Position numbers and translations under genes: made by a program
Notes under the pieces: model-generated
The model's input: only the letters and a program-made list of their open reading frames with translations
What the model was told of the DNA's origin: nothing
Database searches by the model: none
Assembly: GCA_951406725.2 (NCBI GenBank)
Contig: OX597824.1
Location: 95,418,001 to 95,482,000, forward strand
DNA length: 64,000 nt
From: Octopus vulgaris
Taxonomy: Eukaryota
Reading direction: 5' to 3'
Part shown: positions 1-11,900 of the stretch, piece by piece
Numbering within the stretch: position 1 is the stretch's first letter
Layout: every line of letters begins with the position of its first letter

Positions 1-56
1 TTAAAGTAATTAAAAGAAACACAGATCATCTCAAAATAAATACAGTAATGAAAGGG

Positions 57-288
57 TTAACCCCTTAGTGTTCAGATTATTCTGTCAAATGTGATGTTTG
101 TTTATTTAAAGTGGTTTGAATTAATCCTGCGTTATCTTGTAGTTTAGAGATTTCAGTGGTGTGATTTTTTTTAGTTTTAGAATGACATTGTAGGGCTGAG
201 GTGAGAGGTGAGATCTGGTCAGTTTCAATATGAAACAAGTTAAATATTTTGGCCGGATATGGCCGGTTTGAATGCTAAAGGGTTTAAC
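57..288 (+). mobile_element. piggyBac-like TTAA MITE, family A (about 230 bp)
   Basis: TTAA-CCC...GGG-T(T)TAA ends; copies at about 5121-5300, 11060-11263, 18343-18565, 20424-20653 and 31810-32049. Confidence 0.75.
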
Positions 289-1011
289 AACATCCACAGA
301 GGGTTGATGACCACATCTCCTCTCTTCATGCAGTCTCCTGCGTTTGGTTTCAAAGCACTCTACTTCAACATCACACACGGACCCCCTATGCATTCTGATT
401 AACGTCTAGGGGCTCTAAATGTTTGAGAGGGACACCACCTAAAATGAGAGACTGCTTGAGATGATCGCGATAAAGTTTTCCATGTGGCCTATTTTCAGTC
501 TTGATCTTACTGAAGAGGGCCATCTTTGTGCGCCAGTTACCCGGCATCCAAATCACATGGCCAGCCCTGCTATGATTCTGTTAATCCATCACCATTATGG
601 AATAACATTTCAGAGCAGGTGTGAGAGCTTAGCTCTGGTTAGTTGCAACATAAAACTGGTAGAATATTTGGACTGGGTACGGCTAGTTTAATTGATAAAG
701 GTTTAAGCCACTCTAACTCTGCCCATCCCAGTTTATTTTCAGCTAATGCATCTGTAACTATATTAGCTAATGTGTCCTTCCTTCCTTTTGGTTTTTAAAA
801 TAAAATGTAGTTTGAGGAAACCATAGCTACTATTTCTAGCAGGTCATGTGACCACATCAATGCTTTCTCTTATTGACTCTGTTTCGTATTTTTAGTTGTG
901 TGTTCAAGTTTTTTTTTTTTCTTTTGCTTTTGTAAGTTAAAATCTCTGCAGTCACCTGTTGCAAACACAAATTGAATTATCTTCTTTTGCATTGATTTAT
1001 GGTTCTTGTAG

Positions 1012-1148
1012 GATGCTTTACGCTTATCAAAGAAAGATTTTACGAGTGAAAGGGCAAAGATGTATGGCCCACAAGACACCTGGTACCATGTTGACTGTTT
1101 TGTTAAAAACCGTGATGAACTGGAATTTGCAGACAAGAGTGTTGATGA
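1012..1148 (+). CDS. PARP1: PARP1 exon, zinc finger 2 C-half (DALRLSKK...[16 protein letters not shown])
   Basis: ttgtag acceptor, gtgagt donor; WYHxxCF zinc-finger motif. Confidence 0.93.
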
Positions 1149-4100
1149 GTGAGTATTAATCATAAAGTCATTAATAGTTTCAAATTTTGATATTAGGCGA
1201 GCAAATTTGAGAGGAGGGGGTAAGACGACTACATCGGTCATAGAGTTCAGCTGGAGTTTATTTTATTGCCTGCAAAAGAATGAAAGGCAAAGTCGCCCTC
1301 AGAGGAATTTGAACTCAGAATGTAAAGAACTGGAAGACCTGCTGCTTGGCATTTTGTTTGCCATGCTAATGATTCTGCCAGCTTGCCATTTTAATAATAA
1401 TAATAATCTTTTCTGCTATAGGCACAAGGCTTAGAATTTTTGAGGAGGGAGATAATTTATCAACCCCAAGAGGATAAAAAGCAAAATTGACTTTGGTGGA
1501 ATTTGAACTCGAGATGTAAAGAGCTGGAAGATATGCTTCCATGCGTTTTGTCTGATGTGCTAACAATCTGCCAACTTCCCACCTTATATCAAAGTCAACA
1601 AGAGCACTCAGTGCAAACCTCTGCCAAGGCAACACCAACATCCTCTCAATGATTAGCTGGAGATGATTTTTAAAATGAGAATATCTTAAATAAACTTGAC
1701 TGCTCTCACAAACGAGAATACTAAAAATGAACTCAACTGCTCTCAAAAATTAAATAAAAAAAACGGGAAAATAATCCAGAATCCTTGTGCAGGACTGGAT
1801 TGATCCCAAAATTTAATCAGTTTGTACCAGTCACAAGGCCAAACATCCCTGAAAGTTTCATCTGAATATATCCAGCAGTTCTTGAGATATCTTGTCCATG
1901 GACGAACAAACAAACATGACTGAAAACAATACCTCTGCCTTTGTTAAGGCGAAGGTGATATTAAAGCTCAGTAAAGTTAAGTGGAATGGCTTGTCTGTGA
2001 GTTACAAGATGGAGTATGTAGAAGAGGAGCCATGGTGTCTGATTCCATACTTTTGTGGATTTGTTTCTCTGAATAACTAACGAATATTTAGAACTATTCA
2101 TCTTTCCATCTGTTTTAACATCAACATCAAGGCAGGCGTGGTTGCGTGGTAAGAAGTTTGCTTCCCAACTGCATGGTTTCAGGTTCTGTCCCACTGTGTG
2201 GTGACTTGGGGCAAGTGTGTCTTTTACTATAGCTCCAGACCTATCCAAGCTTGTTGAGTGGATTTTGGTAGACGGAAACTGAAAGAACCTTGTCATATGT
2301 CTGGCCCATGCAAGCCTGGAAAAGTGGACACCACCATTTGACAACTGGTGTTGGTTTGTTTACATCCCTATAGCTTACAGTTTGGCAAAAGATACCAAGA
2401 CAAGTACCAGACTTAGAAATAAATTCTAAAGTCAGTTTGTTTGACTAAATCTTTCAAGGTGGTGCTGTAGCATGGCCACAGTCCAATGACAGATAATAAA
2501 AGGTGTTTTCTTGCAGCTTCTGTTGACTAAACTCTAATGTGTCCCCTTCTTATTTTCAGCATTGTTGGTTACAAAACTCTGAAGAAGGAAGATCAAAAGG
2601 AATTGGTGGAGAAATTGGGCAAAGGGAGCAGCACCAGTAGGTAAGATTCTTCACAGACATTGCTGGTTTCCGTTCGGTTTTTGTTTTCCCTATCCTAAGC
2701 TGCTCCTGAGAATAGTCTACGTCAGTGCTACTCAAAGTGGTGGTCCACGGACCGGCATCGGTCCGTGAGCCATCAGCTGCCGGTACGTGGTGAGTTTCCA
2801 GAAAAGAAAGAAATATAAAATGCTTACGAAATATTGCATTATTTGTTTACAAAATAAATACAAGATAAAAAAAAGTGTCAACTTTTATTATATTCATCAT
2901 CATCATCATCATCATTTAACGTCCGCTTTCCATGCTAGCATGGGTTGGACGATTTGACTGAGGACTGGCGAACCAGATGGCTGCACCTGGTTCCAATCTT
3001 GATCTGGCAGACTTTCAACAGCTGGATGCCCTTCCTAACGCCAACCACTCCAAGAGTGTAGTGGGTGCTTTTTACGTGCCACTGGCATGAGGGCCAGTCA
3101 GGCAGTACTGGCAACTGCCATGCTCAGATGGTGTTTTTTACGTGCCACCTGCACAGGAGTCAGTCCAGTGGCACTGGCAACGACCTCGCTCGAATGTTTT
3201 GTTCAAGTGCCAGTAAGGTGACGCTGGTAACGATCACACTCAAATGGTGCTTTTTGTGTGCCCATTATATATATTGTTTCCAGTATAAAATAATATTACT
3301 AAGACATATTACTGGTCCCTGGCACTTTGGGAAAAAAAAAACTGCCGGTACGCCACATCAGATAGTTTAAGAAGCACTGGTCTGCATATTGTTTTTGATG
3401 CTTGCATGGAGATGTTACCATCCATGTTTGCAGAAATGTGAAAATAAATACATTAGATGCTTTGACATTCAGTTAAAATTTTAATTACAGGAAAAAAAAA
3501 TCTCCAAAAATCATGAAATTTTTGAAATTTTGCCAGACAAGTATAAGTATTTGAAATAATTAAATTAGTCATCCATAATTTTAATTTGTAGCCGGAAGAG
3601 AAAGGAAGATGACAAATCTAAAGCAGAAGCCAAAAAACCCAAAAAAGAAACAGAAGAAGAGAAACAAATGAAAGTTGGTTGTATTTGTTTGTTCTGCTGA
3701 ATGTCTTGTCTTTTGTTAATTGTAGTTCAAGTCCATCGTAATTGTTCTATTGCTTAGAATTATTATATATTTATGTTCTTTTCTACTCTAGGCACAAGGC
3801 TCGAAATTTTTTGGGAGGGGACCAGTTGATTAGATCGACCCCAGTATGCAACTGGTACTTAATTTATCGACTCTGAAAGGATGGAAGGCAAAGTTGACCT
3901 TGGCGGAATTTGAACTCAGAACGTAAAAACAGACGAAATACCTATTTCTTTACTACCCACAAGGGGCTAAACATAGAGGTGACAAACAAGGACAGACAAA
4001 CAAATTAAGTCGATTACATCGACCCTGAAAGGATGAAAGGCAAAGTTGACCTTGGTGGAATTTGAACCCAGAACGTAAAGACAGATGAAATACTGCTAAG

Positions 4101-7100
4101 CATTACACCTGGCGTGCTAACGTTTCTGCCAGCTCGCCGCCTTACATGTTTATATTACTTTAGTTTTCTGTCATGTTTACTACATATCTCCTTTTCTGAA
4201 TAAACCCTTTGGTTGCGTTCTATTTATTAATTACTGTACTTGATGGCATAAAGATGCACAGGCATATTAGATGCACTCTACTTCTAGCAAGGCAAGGGCA
4301 TCCAGTCATAGAAAATACGCCAAAACAGACATGGAGCCTTGAATCAGCCCTTCAGCTGGTTATCTTCTGTCAAGCCATCTAACCCATGCCAGCATGGAAA
4401 ACAGCCTTTAAATGATAATGTTTTTAATGCATTAATGCATATAAGACCCAGGGTTATTTAAAAAAATTTTTGCCATTAAATTCAGTAGTTTTGTTAATAG
4501 TGCAATGTATTAAGTGCTAGCCAGTAACACGTTTAACCCTTTCAACACCAACCGCCTTAGGCTGTGTCTATTTGGATATTCAAATATAAATTGAAACTGC
4601 AACAGAAAATTCATTGTTACATGATAGATATTATGCAGCAGGCTGGCAGAATAATTAGTTTTGAGTTCAAATCCCAAAGTTGGCTTTGCCTTTCATCTTT
4701 CTGGAGTTGATAAAATAAATACCAGTTGAGCACTGGGGCTCCCTGGTAATTGACTCCCTCAAAATTTCAAGTCTTGTGTCTACAGCAGAAGGGATTATTA
4801 TTATTACATGATAGATAGTATTAAATGTCAGTGGGTTAAACTTTGTTAATTATTGAAGTTAATTATTTTCACTAATCTCCATACGTTTACAGCTTGTTAA
4901 GATTGTATATTTGAAATAAACAATATTTAATTGAAGCAGTCACTAATGATTTGTATATTCTCATCAAGGTACAAAACAATCTATTGTGGGGCTTCCGGGA
5001 TAAATTAGAGAAAGAGATCTCTGTTGAAGCTCTGAAAGTTTTGTTGGAGTTAAACGAACAGGCAATACCCTCAGGTGAGAGTAAGGTGAGTGTTCCTTTT
5101 CATATTTACAGTTCCTTCCTTTAACTCTTCAGCTTTCAGATTACTTTGTCAAATGTAATGTTTATTCATTCACATTGTCTTGAATTAATCACGGGATTAT
5201 CTCCTAGCTTTGAGATTTTGATGATGTGATTGTTTTATTTTTAGAATGACATTGTGAAGTCGGTTTGAGAAGATTTAGGCCAGATATGCTGGTTTAAATC
5301 CTTTTCTCAAGACAGTGAAGCATTACATAATCTTGTAATAATTTAGGGCCCTAAAATTTAATATAGCTTCGTCATAATTTTCTTAATGTTTTTATATTCT
5401 CTTGGAATAACTGTGTTTAAAGTATGCTTTCATCTGGTGTTTAACCCTTTGCCGTAATATACGGAATATAGCTCCCTGGTGTCCATGCATCATATATATT
5501 ACACATTCCAAATCTTTGTTCATCCACCAGAGTAACTTGGAACTTATGAAAGAAAAGCTTTACAGTTGTGGCCAAAAGTTTGGAACATGGGTCTGAAAAT
5601 GAGAAATTTTATATTAAGTGCCCAAATATATATGTTGTATATATTTCAATTGAATTGTACTTAGGCATAATGATTTTAAATTTAAAAAAAACTGTTCCAA
5701 ACTTTTGGGCTTGACTGTATATTACTAAGAATGTATCAACCAAAAACTAAAAGTCTCAAGACAAACATTGACATTTAGGACAAACTTATGAAAATGCTTT
5801 GGAGTGGCAATGGGTTTATTTATTGGTAAAACTTAAATAGCTGTATGATGGATGCATTTATGCTTTGTACTGTAATCATTTTAAAGTTTTACTTTGAAAA
5901 AAAGTATCTTAATTTGACCCTTCTTCTTCAGTTATTAGATTCTGTTTCTGACTGTATGGCGTTTGGTGCCCTCGCAAAATGCCCGGAGTGTCCTGAAGGA
6001 AAACTTACATTCAAGTATGATTAACTGGTTCCAGTTTTAATACTTTAAATTTTTTTTTTTCAATGCATATTTTTTTATCTGTACATGTAAAATTTTCACA
6101 TGGATGATTTTAAAAAGCTTGACAGTTTCCACATTAATTCACAAGAGGTTAATGTTAAAATAAGCGGAAAAATTTTCATTGTTAACTTCAATAAGCTTGA
6201 GGAAATTTGTAGACAATCATTCAGTTATCTCTTTTTAATTTATATTTCAAACACCATTTCCCCATTTAATTTCATAGTTTTAAAAAAAACTACCATTCGT
6301 TAAATTATACAAATTTCACATTTGATATTACTGAAGAGCAGAAGAATTATTTATAAATGCTTATCAATATAGGATTCCATTATTCTATATTATCTAAGTC
6401 TATGAACTATATTTGGAATACAGGACAATATAATGGACTTTACACATAACTATTATGGATTATTACAGAAGACTTACCAAGGAAGCATATATCGATTTAA
6501 AGACTCATACTAAAATCAAAAGCAGTAATTTTTAATTTTAACTTTATATTTCAAACGAACACCATTTTCCCATATTACTTCATACTTTAAAAAAAACTAC
6601 CATTCTATAAATTATACAAATTTCACATTTTATATCTTTGAAGAGTAGAAGAGTTTGTCTATAAATGCTTATAAATATAGGATTCCATTATAGGGACAGC
6701 ACTTCTGCGAAACACTCGTAAGATGCTTTAAAAACTTAATTCGAAACTTTTAATCTATCAAATTGAAACCCCGATCTTATGGTTGTGAGTCCAGCACCCT
6801 AACTGCTAAGCCATGTACCTCCATGTAGACACGGGGAAGTTGACATTATAGTAATAAGATTATATAGAAAGGATCTCCATTTACCTGTTAATCTGCATTA
6901 ATTCAAACCTTAGGGAGGGGGCCTTATTATCTGCTCAGATTTACTGAGTATAAAAGAGAAATAAAAAAATAAACTTTAAAAAAAAAACCCCAAGCCTTAT
7001 TCTTTTGTTTTTCCCTTTTAGGAGTGATGGTTACCGGTGTACAGGAAATATAACAAGTTGGACGAAATGTTTCTATGTCACACGCACACCTAAACGTAAA

Positions 7101-8588
7101 GCATTCAAGATTCCATCGGAGTATCATGATGCAGATGTCTTGTAAGTTGGTTTCCGTTATGTTCTGTTTTGTTTATAATTAATTCCTTTTCGCTTTTTTT
7201 TTTTTGGTCATATCTGGAGTTTTTTAGACCAGAATTGTATGCTCAATCAGTTATTTAACCATATGCGAGTATATGACTAGTATTGTACTAAGAAGCATAG
7301 CTAAGTATTTCTTTGTGTACTAGTTGGAATTAGTAACTACTTTTGCAGTGTTGTTGTGCACCTGAGCACTGTATACAATAAGCTTGTTATTATTATTATT
7401 AAGGTGGTGAGCTGTCTGAATCGTTAGCATGTCAGGCAAAATGTTGTGTGGCATTTCATTAGTCTTTACAATCATCATCATCATCATAAAGTTTTAAATT
7501 TGGGTTTTTGTCCCCATTAATGGGGTTGGCCAGATCTGCCTCAATGCCATAGCAACCGTCCTCAAACTATCTCACCCGACTTTAGGCGTCCTCCTTTTTC
7601 AAACCAACCTTCCCAATCTCTGCCTCTACCTTTTCTCCGTTCTACTTTGCTTTTGCGCTCAATTTACCTCAAATACAATCACCCTCTTCAGAACATGCTC
7701 TTCATCTCTCCTCAACACATGCTCATATGACCTCACTCCATTCGCCCTTGCCAACCATTCCATCAATTCCTCCAATCCCAGCATCTCCTTCAAGTCCTCA
7801 GTCCGCCTCTTATCAAAACAGTTTCACCCTACACATTTCTCTCACCATTGCTCTCTCAGCCCTTCTCAAAATTGCTATCTCCTTTTGCGTTCAAATACCT
7901 CCATGGTTGACTTTGCTTCTCATCCTTTTGGGGTTGATAAAATAAATACCAGTTGAGCGTTGGGGGGTCAATGCAATCAACTTAGCTCCTTCCTCGAAAT
8001 TCCTGGCCTTGTGCCAAAATTTGAAATCTTCATCTTCATCATCATCATTTTCATTATTATTATTATTAGTATAAAAAGTAGTGAGCGAGCAGAATTGTTA
8101 TAGTGCCAGACAAAATGCTTAGCCTCATTTCTTTTGGCTTTGAATTCTGTGTATGGATCCTGCTGAAGTGGACTTTGCTTTCCATCTTTATGGGGTCGAT
8201 TAAAAAAGGAGGTTGGGTTGCACAATTCTGAGGCCTTTAGCTAAGGGAGGCAACTCGGCCAATTTTTTATGTCTCAGAGCTCAGTGAGAAAATGTTTAAA
8301 ATACTTGGAGTTTTACCAGGGAATGAAACTTTGAAGAGATACTGTCAACTTTATTGTGTATTATTTAGAGGTAATCTTTTAATGTGAAGTATGTGTTTGT
8401 CTGTGTTTTGTTTAGCCCAAAGTTGCCTCTGATGTAGCAGACCCATTGCATAGTTTTTTCTATTCCTTTTGAAATACTGTAAATCTTCATCTTTCTTTTG
8501 ATGAAAAGGTGTGTTTTATGAGAGATTTGGCTGCTATTTATAGTAGTACAAGTTACCACAGAGACATCTGTGTGTGTGTGTGTTGTGG

Positions 8589-8643
<55 letters not shown>

Positions 8644-8830
8644 ACCTCGTGAGTACCACCAGCGATTATTTTTCCTCTGTCTTCCCTTTTCGGGATCTTT
8701 CCTTCTCCTATGTTTCTGATGAAGAGCTCCACTAAACGTTAAACCCTCCTTCTTCCTTTCTTTCCTGATCCAATATTTATTTGTTCCACGTCCTTGCGTT
8801 GTTGTGTTTTTTGTTTTCTTGTTTGGATTA

Positions 8831-8910
<80 letters not shown>

Positions 8911-11900
8911 TACACACATAAGGTAAGCAAGAGTGTACATACGCTGTTATATATATAAATCCAAAAAAAAGGGAACAAGAACACAACAGATGACGATAAA
9001 GCATTCGGACAGAGAGATGATACAAAGATGGACAGGGAATACACACACACACATACATATGCAGTTTCCCTCTACCAAATTAAATTCACTTGCAAAGCAT
9101 TTGGTTGGTCTGGGGCTTTCGTAGAAAATACTTACCTAAGGTGCCATGCAGTGGGACTGAACCTTAAAACTGTTTGGTTGCAAAACGAGCATCTTAACCA
9201 TACAGCTGTGATTGTGCCTAGAAATGTAAATTCACATTTGGATTTTTTGTAAAAGAAAACTATTTCTTTCAGGAAGAAATATAAATACAAGAAGCGAGAT
9301 CGTGTGTTTGCTGCTGAAACTGCGTCTTCAAAGGAAGGTCCTGTAAGTTCCGTGGATGTCCTGGATGGACTGTAAGTATCTCTGGATATTGTTTTATTTT
9401 TTTTATTTTTTGATCTTCTTTCTTTAGTATATGCAGTGTGTGTGTGGGGGGGTATTTTTGTTTGCAGTTTTACAAAATTACAATTCAATTCTTTGTATCT
9501 ATAAAACCAACATCTCTAAATGTAACAGAAAACAAATTCTAGCAATAATAAAATAATGTGAAATATGTCTTTTTGTAAAGTAAATTATAGACTGGCTTTT
9601 GTTTACCTATTTCAAAGTTATAACTTAAAGCTTAAATCCGTCATACACAAGCACACAGCATCATCATCATCATCACTGCTTAACGTTTGTTTTCCATGCT
9701 GGCATGGGTTGGATGGTTTGACAGGAGCTGTCCAAACTCCAATTGCCTATTGTGGCATGGTTTCTACAGCTGGATGCTCTCCCTAATGCCAACCACTTAA
9801 GAGTGCACTGGGTGCTTTTTACCTGCCACTTTTATGAACGTGTTTTTGCAGCAGCAGCAGCACAAGTGAATTTTATGTGGCATCGGCACCTGAAAACGAC
9901 GAGCCTCTATGTATGGATGACAGCAATTCTACTTAGCTTGAGGCGTCTTCATATATGCCAAAGATCTTGGTCGTTGCCTCCATGAGGCCCAACACTCGAA
10001 AGAAACTGAACCACTTCCTGTCACCAACCTTCACCAGTTTCCAAGCAAGGTAATATATCTGGCTGTAGAAAGTCTGACTGACCTATATAAAGCCTGAAGA
10101 AGTGGATGTTGCAATGATGATGTTACAGTGACTCGGTTCGAAGTTGTGTGACTGGTGTCAAAAAAGGGAATCTAGTTATAAAATTTCATTTATATATAAA
10201 GCTCTGTCTGCAACAATTTCATCTCAATCGAAGGAGAGGAGCTTTCTCCGTCCGGGTTGCGGATTCGTGGAATAAGCTGCCGGACGAGATAGTGAAGATG
10301 CCGACGACCGCTCGGTTCAAAGTCTCACTTGACCACAAGTGGCCTGAACTCTTTGCATGAACACCCTTCCTGTACATAACTCCATGTCCCCCTACATGGC
10401 CTTGCTTTTTGCTTTTTGAGCCAAATAATTAACTAACATTTATACTTCCTGCAAATGTCAAAATTAAAGAGACATCTGTAATAGAATTGAAAATGAATGT
10501 TAAATATATACAAAAATGAGATTATTTTTTTTTAATGTCTACAAAAATCAAAATTTTCTGTTTATCTTCTGTTGCCAGGCCATCGAAACCATTGAAAGGA
10601 TTGAAGTTTGCTATTGTTGGAAACCTAGATTTTTCAGAAGAACAGATTACTCAGAACATAAGTAATATGGGAGGTCAAATTGTGACCACAATCGATAAGA
10701 ACTTAGCTGCTTGCATTAGCAATAAAGGTAGGCTGTTTCGTTATGTCATTAATTTTCATATTTCTCACATGAAAGATCTTGTAATTGAAATTGTTTAGAA
10801 GAGGCAAATAATTACTTTGTAATTTGTAATTTTGAAGTGGCTGTGTTGATAGTCTTTTCTTGGAATAGTCCTACTTTGCACATTTCATCCATTTACTGTT
10901 GTCTCTGGAAGGATACATGTGGCAACTTCCACCCAACCATTGTGACAATGTTGAGTAAATTCAATGAGGTTATATTTTAGTGATTCATAGCAAGGTTCCT
11001 TGAATGAGTGATGAAAGAGAATCAGATCAGAAGGTGAATGTATGAAGTTCGCATTATTCTGCCAAAATTAATCCTTTTTCATCCACATTGCCTTGAACTA
11101 ATCAGGCATTATCTTGCAGCTTTGAGATTTTGATGAGGTAGCTGTTAATTTTTAAAACGATATTGTAGGGTTGGTGTGAGAGACCAGATCTGGCCAATTT
11201 GAACATAAAACAAGCAGAATACTTTTGGCCAGATATGGCCGGTTTAAATGCTAAAGGGTTAAGGAGAGGACACGCTTGTATGAGTGGCAGTATGTATGTG
11301 AATGTTTGAACAAAAAATGTGTAAAATGAATATGTACTTTCAGGTGTAGGGAGATGGCCAGGTGAGTTAGACAAACTTAACTAAGGCATAATATCCTCTG
11401 TGGTTAGCATGCTGCCAAGGTTAAATGAGTTTTGAATCCTTGAGTTGCAAGATGTGTGGTGTATAAAATAAATGTCAACATGTTGTTACATGTGCTAATA
11501 ATCACTGGACGGCTTGTGACAGTCATGTTAATACGTCAACAGCAACTCTCTCGAAATGCTTGAAAAGACTAGGTTTTACTTTTTGCTGGAAGTTGCCACA
11601 TGTGTCCTTCTGCAGACAGCAGTTAATGGATGAAATGAGCAAAGCATGGCTGTGCTATGCTGCCGCAACAAAATAGTGCTAACATGTCACACTACAGATG
11701 CTTTATCCTTTTTGTTTTAATTTTCATATTCCATAAATAGGTTGTGTGCTGTCATGTCTCCTACGATATGCTATGTGACATAATCTGGTCTTCATATTTG
11801 AGTCGTGTCTTTTTCTTTGCTCCTTTCACAGAGTCAATAACTAAACCAAATAAGCAAATAAAAGCTGCCAAAAAAGCTGGAGTCCATGTTGTGAGTACAG

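Noticed and set aside
6080-6760. Duplicated AT-rich segment (about 6242-6400 versus 6545-6690), possibly a retroelement remnant
   Set aside because: Too degenerate to assign a family or function from the sequence alone
8365-9058. ORFs rich in YI/CV/HT repeats (also 21553-22169)
   Set aside because: Translations of (TA)n and (CA)n microsatellites
9343-9348. Strong internal GTAAGT donor within the linker exon that would remove the DVLDG motif
   Set aside because: It is phase 0 while the next exon needs phase 2, so its use would frameshift; at most a nonproductive isoform
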